A stretch of 64,000 nucleotides of DNA from Macrostomum lignano (taxonomy: Eukaryota), in NCBI GenBank assembly GCA_002269645.1, contig NIVC01002129.1, positions 1-64,000 on the forward strand, written 5' to 3'. Positions 1-10,950 of this stretch are shown in pieces. Under the pieces are notes generated by a model, which had not been told where the DNA came from, ran no database searches, and saw only the letters and a program-made list of their open reading frames with translations. Every line of letters starts with the position of its first letter. The stretch's first letter is position 1. Made by a program: the position numbers and the translations under genes.

Positions 1-1304
1 ATTTTCTGCGTTTGTCAATCTCTGTTTCCGTGGTAAAGAATTTGCATAGTTGACCACTTGCTGCTGGTTTTTCAAACGCTCGCTGCGACGAGTAGGAGCA
101 CTTGGTACAACGTCGCTCTTCTTTTCTCGACCTCTTCCTTTTTCCAAATGGCAAGAAACGCTTGAAACCGCCGAAACTGAGTCGCCACAACCGATGCAAC
201 TGCAACATGGTGCTCTCCGAGTGCGACTGCTTCTTCTCAATAAGCTCTGACCAGATACACTAGAGGCTGCAACAGACACAGACTCTAATGTGTTTGCTTT
301 AGCGCTCAGTCGACTACTCCGACGCGTAGCGCAACTTGCCTTCCCAACATCCTTTTTACGCCGACTGCGCCGCGGAACATTTGATGGCACGGACTCTGAC
401 ACACGATCACTTTTAACTGACTCTGACACATGCTCAATTTCAACTGACTCTGCGCTATCCTCCGCGTCAAGATCGACATTCCAATTCCAGACAGAGTTGT
501 TCCGATCCCGAAGCACTTCATATGAATTCGGATGCGCAAACAAACTCGTATTATTTTCCAAGGACTTTGCTTGATTTCTACAACGTCCCTTCCAATGCCT
601 ACTTTGAACTCGGGTCCAGTCTGCAACCTTTTCAAAAGGCGTCATTGGTGGAGCTGGAGGTGGCATCATTACAACAGGATCTTCGACAACATGAACATTC
701 TCGTTGAGAGGGGGCATTTCCACATTCTTGGCGCTCAAATCTCCTTGGCCAGTCGGCCGAACTGAGCTTGCTTCATTAACTTCCAAATCATTGACACGAA
801 CGATTTCGTAGTGTTGACTACCAGGATTAAACAACAATCGAATAGTAGCCAAACGTTCTCCAATATTCGGTCGGGAATAATGGCCAGGCCGCGCTAGATT
901 AAGCATGTTTGACTGATAAATAAACACTTCTAGCCGCAACAGTTCACCAATTAGTTCTGGAACTCCGCATGGCACGTACATACGGGGACGCCTTGTATCG
1001 TCGCGCACTTTTTCCCAATTCAGTCCTGTTTGCATAATTCTTTCCTGATTATTGACATCGCGATGCACCCATTGCTCGAATTCTGCAGCAACCGCATCTC
1101 GAAAATCTTCTACGCTTAGCGATTGATAGGCGGAAAAACCTGGCAGTTCTTGTAATTGTCTCAATATGGCCGTGAAAAAACAGTTGCCGTCACCTCGTAC
1201 ATTCTCAACGCGACACGAAGAAAAAGGAACCCATACAGGTTGGACTTGTACAGCAGCAGTTACATGACCTTCGGCAAAATCCATTGCAGTAGCACCTGTT
1301 TCAT
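1..1304 (-). CDS. Large exon of an OTU-domain protein (3' end outside window)
   Basis: The acceptor ttttacag|AT at 1304 is followed by 434 stop-free codons to position 1. The translation contains VENVRGDGNCFFTAILRQL (OTU catalytic Asp/Cys motif, 1180-1194) and LLFNPGSQHYEIV (catalytic His motif, 802-816). A Ser/Arg-rich tail follows (PRRSRR, TRRSSRLSAK, RRSSRT, TRRSERL). The ORF track misses it because there is no stop inside the window. Confidence 0.8.
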
Positions 1305-1489
1305 CTGTAAAAGAATACAACTCTTAAACAGTGAGGTATGATAATTTTAAGGAATTGAGCATTAATTGTATTTTGCACAAGTCGTAAACACTAAAATCTA
1401 ATTTTCAATATTCGCAAGCAAAGTCAGATGTAAGAAAGAAAATTAACTTGTACTATGCATAGAAATTCAATAAAAAATAAAACTCTCAC

Positions 1490-1860
1490 CAGCACTCAAG
1501 TAGCCTATAAGTTGCTCATTGTAAGCAGCACCAGAATTGGGCACTTCAGCATCACCTTCGACCACGGGTATTCCGAAGCAGCCAGAGCGTCGGCCAGAGC
1601 AGCATCATGTTCAGCTAGCAGGGCAGCCAGACCAGCCTCGTCCAGCTTAATCACAGACTCAGTTTTAGCAGCAGCATCAGCAGAAGCACCAGCTTTAGTC
1701 CCAGCAGCGGCAATAGAAGAGGCAGCAGCAGCTTCCGGTTGTACATCTGGCTCTTGAATCTGTTCTTCGCCAGCAGTTAAATCACCGACAGCAGCAACTT
1801 TAATATTATTCTTGGAGCGGCTCCAGTTTTTCTTCTTCGGCCGTCCGCACTTTTTCGCAC
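1490..1860 (-). CDS. Upstream exon of the OTU gene (AT-hook-like KCGRPKKK plus Ala/Glu-rich linker), apparent 1-nt frameshift
   Basis: Acceptor tttaaacag|GT at 1860 and donor G|gtgag at 1490. It translates as GAKKCGRPKKKNWSRSKNN...EEQIQEPDVQPEAAAASS...DALAA, then needs a frame change near 1573-1577 to continue GIPVVEGDAEVPNSGAAYNEQLIGYLSA. The length of 371 nt is one short of the 372 needed for a phase-1/phase-1 exon. Confidence 0.65.
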
Positions 1861-2145
1861 CTGTTTAAAGTCACAGTAAAAAAGAAATTTATAAATCTAC
1901 CTATATATATATATATATATATATGTCTGTCCATCTATTTCGCTCTAGAGCGTGCCATTCTTGATCAATTTTGATAGCGTTTTTTCTAAACTATTGCAGA
2001 TTTTGCACTGATTATACAGTGGTCAAAATTTCTTAAATCTGCTCAAATTCTAAGGGTGTTAAACATTCGAAAATAGAGTTTCTATAATTATTTTAATGAT
2101 CTGTCAAACAAGGTCAGATTCCAATTGAATTTATTCCCTTTGTCA

Positions 2146-2325
2146 AAACTATTCAGTCGAAACTACTCAGTCGAAACTATTGAGTTCACACTATTCAGTC
2201 AAAACTACTCAGTCAAGATTATTAAGTCTAAACTATTCAGTTGTAACTATTCAGTTGAAATTATTCTGTCTGTCAAAACTATTCAGGCGAAACTATTCAA
2301 TCTAAACTATTGAGTGTGAACTATT
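2146..2325. repeat. Degenerate ~14-bp tandem repeat (aaactattcagt-like); also at 6718-6897
   Basis: Repeated aaactattcagtc / aactattga units are visible. Confidence 0.8.
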
Positions 2326-4211
2326 GATTTGAGCTGCGTCAGTTAAGAGTTTGAAAAATTCACATTTTTAGACATCTGAAAAACACTTTTTTACAGAATT
2401 ACCTGTGAACTATTCAGTGTGAGTTATAGTGTGAACAATTGAGATTTATTGTTTGGTAAATAAATTGTGTAGTGCAGGAACTTTTTAGTTTGTCTGTTGC
2501 CCAAATGGGCAGCCAAGAATGCTAGTAAAAGCTGGTTTCCTAAGGTGTGAATATTAATAATAAAGGTAGGATTGCTTTGAAACTATTCCTGAAAGTAGCA
2601 CCTATCACCTGCAAGTTGCAACAAATGTACAAAACTTACTATTGGCAGCAACAGAAGAAGCACTTGTATCCTTGTTAATGCTAGTGTTGTCCTTGATGCT
2701 GTTTTTGTCGTTGCCCATCCTGTCTAAATAAACATGTTAGTAAATATTTCAGAATGATAAAGAAACTAATTAGCTAAACACAGAAAACATGCTACTCTTT
2801 ACCAAGTTAACTCAACTCTTTTCTGGTGGCAAATTTAGTTAAACTACGAACACTAGCACTGCTACTGGATTGTGGATTAATATGCTGCAGCATAATATAC
2901 TGGCATATAGGCGGTGTGTGCCATGTAGTTTTTGTGCTTTCAACATTTTTTCTTGGATTTAGTGCATATTTTCTAGAGTTTTTTCAGGCATATTCCATGT
3001 TTTTGTACATGCTTCTAGGAATTCTATATCAGCAAAAAAACATCCCTTGGTAAAAATTCACCATAAACTAAGTGTCTAGCACTTTCAAGCATTGCTTGAT
3101 ATAAGGAGCATTGGCATGTATATATTGTCTAGCAAAAATGCTAAATTTATAATAAATTGAGCAGAATTTATAAAAAGTGTCCACAAACTTCTACCATTAA
3201 GCAGAGTACTACAGATATTTGTACTATGCTAAACATATGAAGAAATAAAAAGAATACTTACTTCAAAACTAAAGTCTTAAGTCAAAATTATGCAAACAAA
3301 AGGAAAATTCAAGTTAAATTTGACTGATAACTACAAAATAAAATGTGAAAGGATGAGTACTTTTAAAAGATATATGTAAATATGACTATAATTTATAAAA
3401 ATATGGAGCAAAAAGCAAAGCAGAGAAAAAAAACGTAAATATTTGGCAGAATACAATTAATTAGCTATAAAATAATATTAAAGTACTATACTTCAGTTAT
3501 ATTTCAAATAAAATTTGAAGCTTACACTTACAGTGTAAAACTGATAACAATTGAATATATTACAATTAAAACTTGTACTTGTAGAATATAATATATTGTA
3601 CAATAATTATATATAATGTAGTAGGATACGAATAAATAGCGTAACAAAACCGAATATTATAGCTACAGATTGAAGCTTGAAAATATTTCAGATTTAGATA
3701 GCGTTTGCTTAGATAAGTTGCTTTGAAAATTTGGGGTCAAATTTGTCCTACAGCAATAAACTACTGTTAACATAACCGATTTAAATTTAAATTTTTGTAG
3801 AAATTATAAGGAACAGAACGACTGAAATGTACAGTTTAATTATTTCAAAATTAAATAATTTCGAATTCTATTTTACCTTATTGCTTTCTTCAATTAAATT
3901 TTGTTATACAATTTATAAAATGCCTATTTTCAAAATATACCTCAAAAAGTAAGTTCAACAGCTTTAAAAATGCGCACGTTTTTACACTTCACGGCTCCAA
4001 AAAGTCACCATAGAAGATTTTTGCAGGACGCAAGACTTTTTACGTTACAAAATAGCACTTTTATGTGCATTTTTTATTCAGTTTCAAAAGGCTTTTTAGT
4101 TACCTATTTGGTATTTTTTGTTTTAAAGATTTTTGCGAAATCAGGTCATTTTAACTTGTTACGAAACTGTGGACCCACACTTTTACGCAACGCAATGCGC
4201 ATGATGTCATC

Positions 4212-5266
4212 TTAAAGCACTTGCTAAATGCTATTTATTGACACTACACTGAAGGCCTGGCGTAGGATAGTTAATAAATGGCAGCGTGAAATATAGCAAA
4301 AAAACGCATAGTACCGGAACCTCGTAATTCGGTAAAATGTTAATAGCGTCAAAATACGAATTTTCGCACACTAACGAAGATGGCAGTCATCTGTACGTGT
4401 TTACTGGGCACAATAGTGCTCTTGGAAGCTAAGAACCTCATAGCGAAAATTAATATATTTTCCGCCCTATGTAGTGCTCAAATGGGTTGTTTTTGCACAA
4501 AATCACGTTTTTCGATTTTGAGAGTCAATTAAAAATTTTTTTTGCAACTGACAGACGTGAATGTCACTTTTTCTGAGAGTATTCATCTAGATGTTTCTAA
4601 TAAGTACTAATATGGGTCATTCTTATGCTTCACCTATCCTTAGTATAGGTACAAAGTCATTATTTCATTTCCAGCAAGTCACGTGACCTGGCCTGAGGTG
4701 TACAACGCATCGTGCAATGCCAGCGAACATACACTCAAATTAAAGCACTTTTTAAATGCTAACTATTGACACCACACTGAAGGCCTGGCGTAGCATCGTT
4801 AATAAATGGCAGCGTGAAATATAGCAAAAAAACGCATAACACCGGAACCTCGTAATTCGGTAAATGTTATTAGCGTAAAAATACGAATTTTCGCACACTA
4901 ACGAAGATAGCAGTCATCTGTACGTGTTTACTGGGCACAATAGTGCTCTTGGAAGCTAAGAACCTCATAGCGAAAATCAATAAATTTTTCACCCTATGTG
5001 TGCTCATATAGGTTGTTTTTGCACAAAATCACGTTTTTCGATTTTAAAAGTCAATTATAACAAAATTTTGCAACTGACAGACGTGAATATCATTTTTTCT
5101 GACAGTAGTCATCTAGGTGTTTCTAATAAGTACAAATTTTGGTTCATTCTTACGCTTCACCTATCCTTAGTATAGGTACAAAGTCATTATTTCATTTCCA
5201 GCAAGTCACGTGACCTGACCTGAGGTGTACAACGCATCGTGCAATGACAGCGAACATACATTCAAA
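4212..5266. repeat. Two diverged ~528-bp tandem units (also at about 8784-9838)
   Basis: ttaaagcactt...cactgaaggcctggcgtag starts at 4212 and 4740; a partial third unit starts at 5267. Confidence 0.9.
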
Positions 5267-5824
5267 TTAAAGTACATCTAAAATGTAGTTCAATGACACC
5301 AAGCGCGTCGCGCTCCGGTAATCCGCTCAAAAGTTACAGGCTAAAAAGTATGTTCGATATGCAAGCCCCCGTACCGTCGTTAAAGTACATTTCTGTACCG
5401 GCAGCGACTTCAATAAACTAAGACGAAATTTCAAAATATACATATTGTGCGCAATTTAGTTGTGCACCTTGCCTAAAAAGTCTGATTTTCCTAGCATGTC
5501 GTCGTTTCTTATTTTTTGTACATTTGTATCATGAAAAATACATAAAAATAGCCTAAATCACGTTTATCGACTTTAGCAGTGTATGGCTCAGAGTCAGTGC
5601 AACGAAACGGCTCAAAATGTATTATAAACATGTAGATCTTACCTAAATGACCGCATTCATGTACTTTTTAGAGTCTCGCAACAAGGTTGAATTTCCTTTA
5701 TTTCGGTTCGAATACCTACCCGTCGAATATTCGAATGTAATTAACAGGTGCGAATGTACAGTTAAAGTGAGTATCTTGGTTAAAGTCGTGCGTCATGTAA
5801 GAGTCCCAGGTGCCATTGTTAGAA

Positions 5825-5872
5825 TGACGCAGCTCAAAGGTCGCGCTGACGCGCGACCTTTGAGCTGCGTCA
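5825..5872. other. Perfect 22-bp inverted repeat with 4-nt loop (also 10398-10445)
   Basis: tgacgcagctcaaaggtcgcgc-tgac-gcgcgacctttgagctgcgtca. Confidence 0.95.
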
Positions 5873-6328
5873 GTTGAAAGTTGATAAAAATGCGCATTTT
5901 TTGACACTTAAAAAACACACTTTTACAGAATTACCTATCAAGGTAAGCATTTAGCGGAAAATAACCAATCAGTGTCTTGAAGGTCTGAAAATTCGCCAAA
6001 AGTTGGGTTCAATCAATTTTTGACTCCATATTGTGAATCCTTATTTTTTGAGATTCAAGATTTGGACGGGTCTAAAAAAAGTCACTTTTTTGTTGCCATG
6101 GCAACCAAGACGCGTTGCTATGGAACTTTCACGTCACACATCTTGTAGCCCTAAATGTTTTACGTCCATAGAGGGGTCACACATGGTTTCATCTCAAGTG
6201 GTTTTAACTCTGCATCAATTTTATTTTCTAAAACGTTGATTTTACGTTGGGGGAGTCTCCGGGACATCTTATCTCGGTCTCGTTTGTCCGGAAAAATTGC
6301 CAACGAGGAGCGAAGCGAGCGAAGCGAG

Positions 6329-9300
6329 TCTGTTCTTCGCCAGCAGTTAAATCACCGACAGCAGCAACTTTAATATTATTCTTGGAGCGGCTCCAGTTTT
6401 TCTTCTTCGGCCGTCCGCACTTTTTCGCACCTGTTTAAAGTCACAGTAAAAAAGAAATTTATAAATCTACCTATATATATATATATATATATATATGTCT
6501 GTCCATCTATTTCGCTCTAGAGCGTGCCATTCTTGATCAATTTTGATAGCGTTTTTTCTAAACTATTGCAGATTTTGCACTGATTATACAGTGGTCAAAA
6601 TTTCTTAAATCTGCTCAAATTCTAAGGGTGTTAAACATTCGAAAATAGAGTTTCTATAATTATTTTAATGATCTGTCAAACAAGGTCAGATTCCAATTGA
6701 ATTTATTCCCTTTGTCAAAACTATTCAGTCGAAACTACTCAGTCGAAACTATTGAGTTCACACTATTCAGTCAAAACTACTCAGTCAAGATTATTAAGTC
6801 TAAACTATTCAGTTGTAACTATTCAGTTGAAATTATTCTGTCTGTCAAAACTATTCAGGCGAAACTATTCAATCTAAACTATTGAGTGTGAACTATTGAT
6901 TTGAGCTGCGTCAGTTAAGAGTTTGAAAAATTCACATTTTTAGACATCTGAAAAACACTTTTTTACAGAATTACCTGTGAACTATTCAGTGTGAGTTATA
7001 GTGTGAACAATTGAGATTTATTGTTTGGTAAATAAATTGTGTAGTGCAGGAACTTTTTAGTTTGTCTGTTGCCCAAATGGGCAGCCAAGAATGCTAGTAA
7101 AAGCTGGTTTCCTAAGGTGTGAATATTAATAATAAAGGTAGGATTGCTTTGAAACTATTCCTGAAAGTAGCACCTATCACCTGCAAGTTGCAACAAATGT
7201 ACAAAACTTACTATTGGCAGCAACAGAAGAAGCACTTGTATCCTTGTTAATGCTAGTGTTGTCCTTGATGCTGTTTTTGTCGTTGCCCATCCTGTCTAAA
7301 TAAACATGTTAGTAAATATTTCAGAATGATAAAGAAACTAATTAGCTAAACACAGAAAACATGCTACTCTTTACCAAGTTAACTCAACTCTTTTCTGGTG
7401 GCAAATTTAGTTAAACTACGAACACTAGCACTGCTACTGGATTGTGGATTAATATGCTGCAGCATAATATACTGGCATATAGGCGGTGTGTGCCATGTAG
7501 TTTTTGTGCTTTCAACATTTTTTCTTGGATTTAGTGCATATTTTCTAGAGTTTTTTCAGGCATATTCCATGTTTTTGTACATGCTTCTAGGAATTCTATA
7601 TCAGCAAAAAAACATCCCTTGGTAAAAATTCACCATAAACTAAGTGTCTAGCACTTTCAAGCATTGCTTGATATAAGGAGCATTGGCATGTATATATTGT
7701 CTAGCAAAAATGCTAAATTTATAATAAATTGAGCAGAATTTATAAAAAGTGTCCACAAACTTCTACCATTAAGCAGAGTACTACAGATATTTGTACTATG
7801 CTAAACATATGAAGAAATAAAAAGAATACTTACTTCAAAACTAAAGTCTTAAGTCAAAATTATGCAAACAAAAGGAAAATTCAAGTTAAATTTGACTGAT
7901 AACTACAAAATAAAATGTGAAAGGATGAGTACTTTTAAAAGATATATGTAAATATGACTATAATTTATAAAAATATGGAGCAAAAAGCAAAGCAGAGAAA
8001 AAAAACGTAAATATTTGGCAGAATACAATTAATTAGCTATAAAATAATATTAAAGTACTATACTTCAGTTATATTTCAAATAAAATTTGAAGCTTACACT
8101 TACAGTGTAAAACTGATAACAATTGAATATATTACAATTAAAACTTGTACTTGTAGAATATAATATATTGTACAATAATTATATATAATGTAGTAGGATA
8201 CGAATAAATAGCGTAACAAAACCGAATATTATAGCTACAGATTGAAGCTTGAAAATATTTCAGATTTAGATAGCGTTTGCTTAGATAAGTTGCTTTGAAA
8301 ATTTGGGGTCAAATTTGTCCTACAGCAATAAACTACTGTTAACATAACCGATTTAAATTTAAATTTTTGTAGAAATTATAAGGAACAGAACGACTGAAAT
8401 GTACAGTTTAATTATTTCAAAATTAAATAATTTCGAATTCTATTTTACCTTATTGCTTTCTTCAATTAAATTTTGTTATACAATTTATAAAATGCCTATT
8501 TTCAAAATATACCTCAAAAAGTAAGTTCAACAGCTTTAAAAATGCGCACGTTTTTACACTTCACGGCTCCAAAAAGTCACCATAGAAGATTTTTGCAGGA
8601 CGCAAGACTTTTTACGTTACAAAATAGCACTTTTATGTGCATTTTTTATTCAGTTTCAAAAGGCTTTTTAGTTACCTATTTGGTATTTTTTGTTTTAAAG
8701 ATTTTTGCGAAATCAGGTCATTTTAACTTGTTACGAAACTGTGGACCCACACTTTTACGCAACGCAATGCGCATGATGTCATCTTAAAGCACTTGCTAAA
8801 TGCTATTTATTGACACTACACTGAAGGCCTGGCGTAGGATAGTTAATAAATGGCAGCGTGAAATATAGCAAAAAAACGCATAGTACCGGAACCTCGTAAT
8901 TCGGTAAAATGTTAATAGCGTCAAAATACGAATTTTCGCACACTAACGAAGATGGCAGTCATCTGTACGTGTTTACTGGGCACAATAGTGCTCTTGGAAG
9001 CTAAGAACCTCATAGCGAAAATTAATATATTTTCCGCCCTATGTAGTGCTCAAATGGGTTGTTTTTGCACAAAATCACGTTTTTCGATTTTGAGAGTCAA
9101 TTAAAAATTTTTTTTGCAACTGACAGACGTGAATGTCACTTTTTCTGAGAGTATTCATCTAGATGTTTCTAATAAGTACTAATATGGGTCATTCTTATGC
9201 TTCACCTATCCTTAGTATAGGTACAAAGTCATTATTTCATTTCCAGCAAGTCACGTGACCTGGCCTGAGGTGTACAACGCATCGTGCAATGCCAGCGAAC

Positions 9301-10950
9301 ATACACTCAAATTAAAGCACTTTTTAAATGCTAACTATTGACACCACACTGAAGGCCTGGCGTAGCATCGTTAATAAATGGCAGCGTGAAATATAGCAAA
9401 AAAACGCATAACACCGGAACCTCGTAATTCGGTAAATGTTATTAGCGTAAAAATACGAATTTTCGCACACTAACGAAGATAGCAGTCATCTGTACGTGTT
9501 TACTGGGCACAATAGTGCTCTTGGAAGCTAAGAACCTCATAGCGAAAATCAATAAATTTTTCACCCTATGTGTGCTCATATAGGTTGTTTTTGCACAAAA
9601 TCACGTTTTTCGATTTTAAAAGTCAATTATAACAAAATTTTGCAACTGACAGACGTGAATATCATTTTTTCTGACAGTAGTCATCTAGGTGTTTCTAATA
9701 AGTACAAATTTTGGTTCATTCTTACGCTTCACCTATCCTTAGTATAGGTACAAAGTCATTATTTCATTTCCAGCAAGTCACGTGACCTGACCTGAGGTGT
9801 ACAACGCATCGTGCAATGACAGCGAACATACATTCAAATTAAAGTACATCTAAAATGTAGTTCAATGACACCAAGCGCGTCGCGCTCCGGTAATCCGCTC
9901 AAAAGTTACAGGCTAAAAAGTATGTTCGATATGCAAGCCCCCCGTACCGTCGTTAAAGTACATTTCTGTACCGGCAGCGACTTCAATAAACTAAGACGAA
10001 ATTTCAAAATATACATATTGTGCGCAATTTAGTTGTGCACCTTGCCTAAAAAGTCTGATTTTCCTAGCATGTCGTCGTTTCTTATTTTTTGTACATTTGT
10101 ATCATGAAAAATACATAAAAATAGCCTAAATCACGTTTATCGACTTTAGCAGTGTATGGCTCAGAGTCAGTGCAACGAAACGGCTCAAAATGTATTATAA
10201 ACATGTAGATCTTACCTAAATGACCGCATTCATGTACTTTTTAGAGTCTCGCAACAAGGTTGAATTTCCTTTATTTCGGTTCGAATACCTACCCGTCGAA
10301 TATTCGAATGTAATTAACAGGTGCGAATGTACAGTTAAAGTGAGTATCTTGGTTAAAGTCGTGCGTCATGTAAGAGTCCCAGGTGCCATTGTTAGAATGA
10401 CGCAGCTCAAAGGTCGCGCTGACGCGCGACCTTTGAGCTGCGTCAGTTGAAAGTTGATAAAAATGCGCATTTTTTGACACTTAAAAAACACACTTTTACA
10501 GAATTACCTATCAAGGTAAGCATTTAGCGGAAAATAACCAATCAGTGTCTTGAAGGTCTGAAAATTCGCCAAAAGTTGGGTTCAATCAATTTTTGACTCC
10601 ATATTGTGAATCCTTATTTTTTGAGATTCAAGATTTGGACGGGTCTAAAAAAAGTCACTTTTTTGTTGCCATGGCAACCAAGACGCGTTGCTATGGAACT
10701 TTCACGTCACACATCTTGTAGCCCTAAATGTTTTACGTCCATAGAGGGGTCACACATGGTTTCATCTCAAGTGGTTTTAACTCTGCATCAATTTTATTTT
10801 CTAAAACGTTGATTTTACGTTGGGGGAGTCTCCGGGACATCTTATCTCGGTCTCGTTTGTCCGAAAAAATTGCCAACGAGGAGCTACGCTCGCTTCGCTC
10901 GCTTCGCTCCTCGTTGGCAATTTTTCCGGACTGCACTTCGACCTAACTAG
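6329..10950. repeat. Copy B of the 4.57-kb tandem duplication, ending in a hairpin and CTAG
   Basis: Near-identical to copy A. It includes a duplicated 5' part of the OTU exon (6329-6430), a terminal hairpin at 10859-10931 and CTAG at 10947-10950. Confidence 0.95.
10859..10931. other. 26-bp stem / 21-nt loop hairpin at the end of the duplicated unit (rolling-circle-element-like terminus)
   Basis: Arms gtccgaaaaaattgccaacgaggagc (10859-10884) and gctcctcgttggcaatttttccggac (10906-10931) differ by one mismatch; the loop is tacgctcgcttcgctcgcttc. Confidence 0.9.

Larger units (their letters stand above)
1759..6328. repeat. Copy A of a 4.57-kb tandem duplication
   Basis: The sequence from 1759 (tctgttcttcgccagcag...) recurs at 6329. 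The offset is 4570 at the start, 4572 after the (TA)n tract and 4573 after a C5/C6 run; ORF-track entries are duplicated at these offsets. Confidence 0.97.

Noticed and set aside
2125-10946. Short ORFs (60-80 aa) in the duplicated unit
   Set aside because: AT-rich, motif-free and often starting at alternative codons; consistent with chance ORFs that appear twice because of the duplication.
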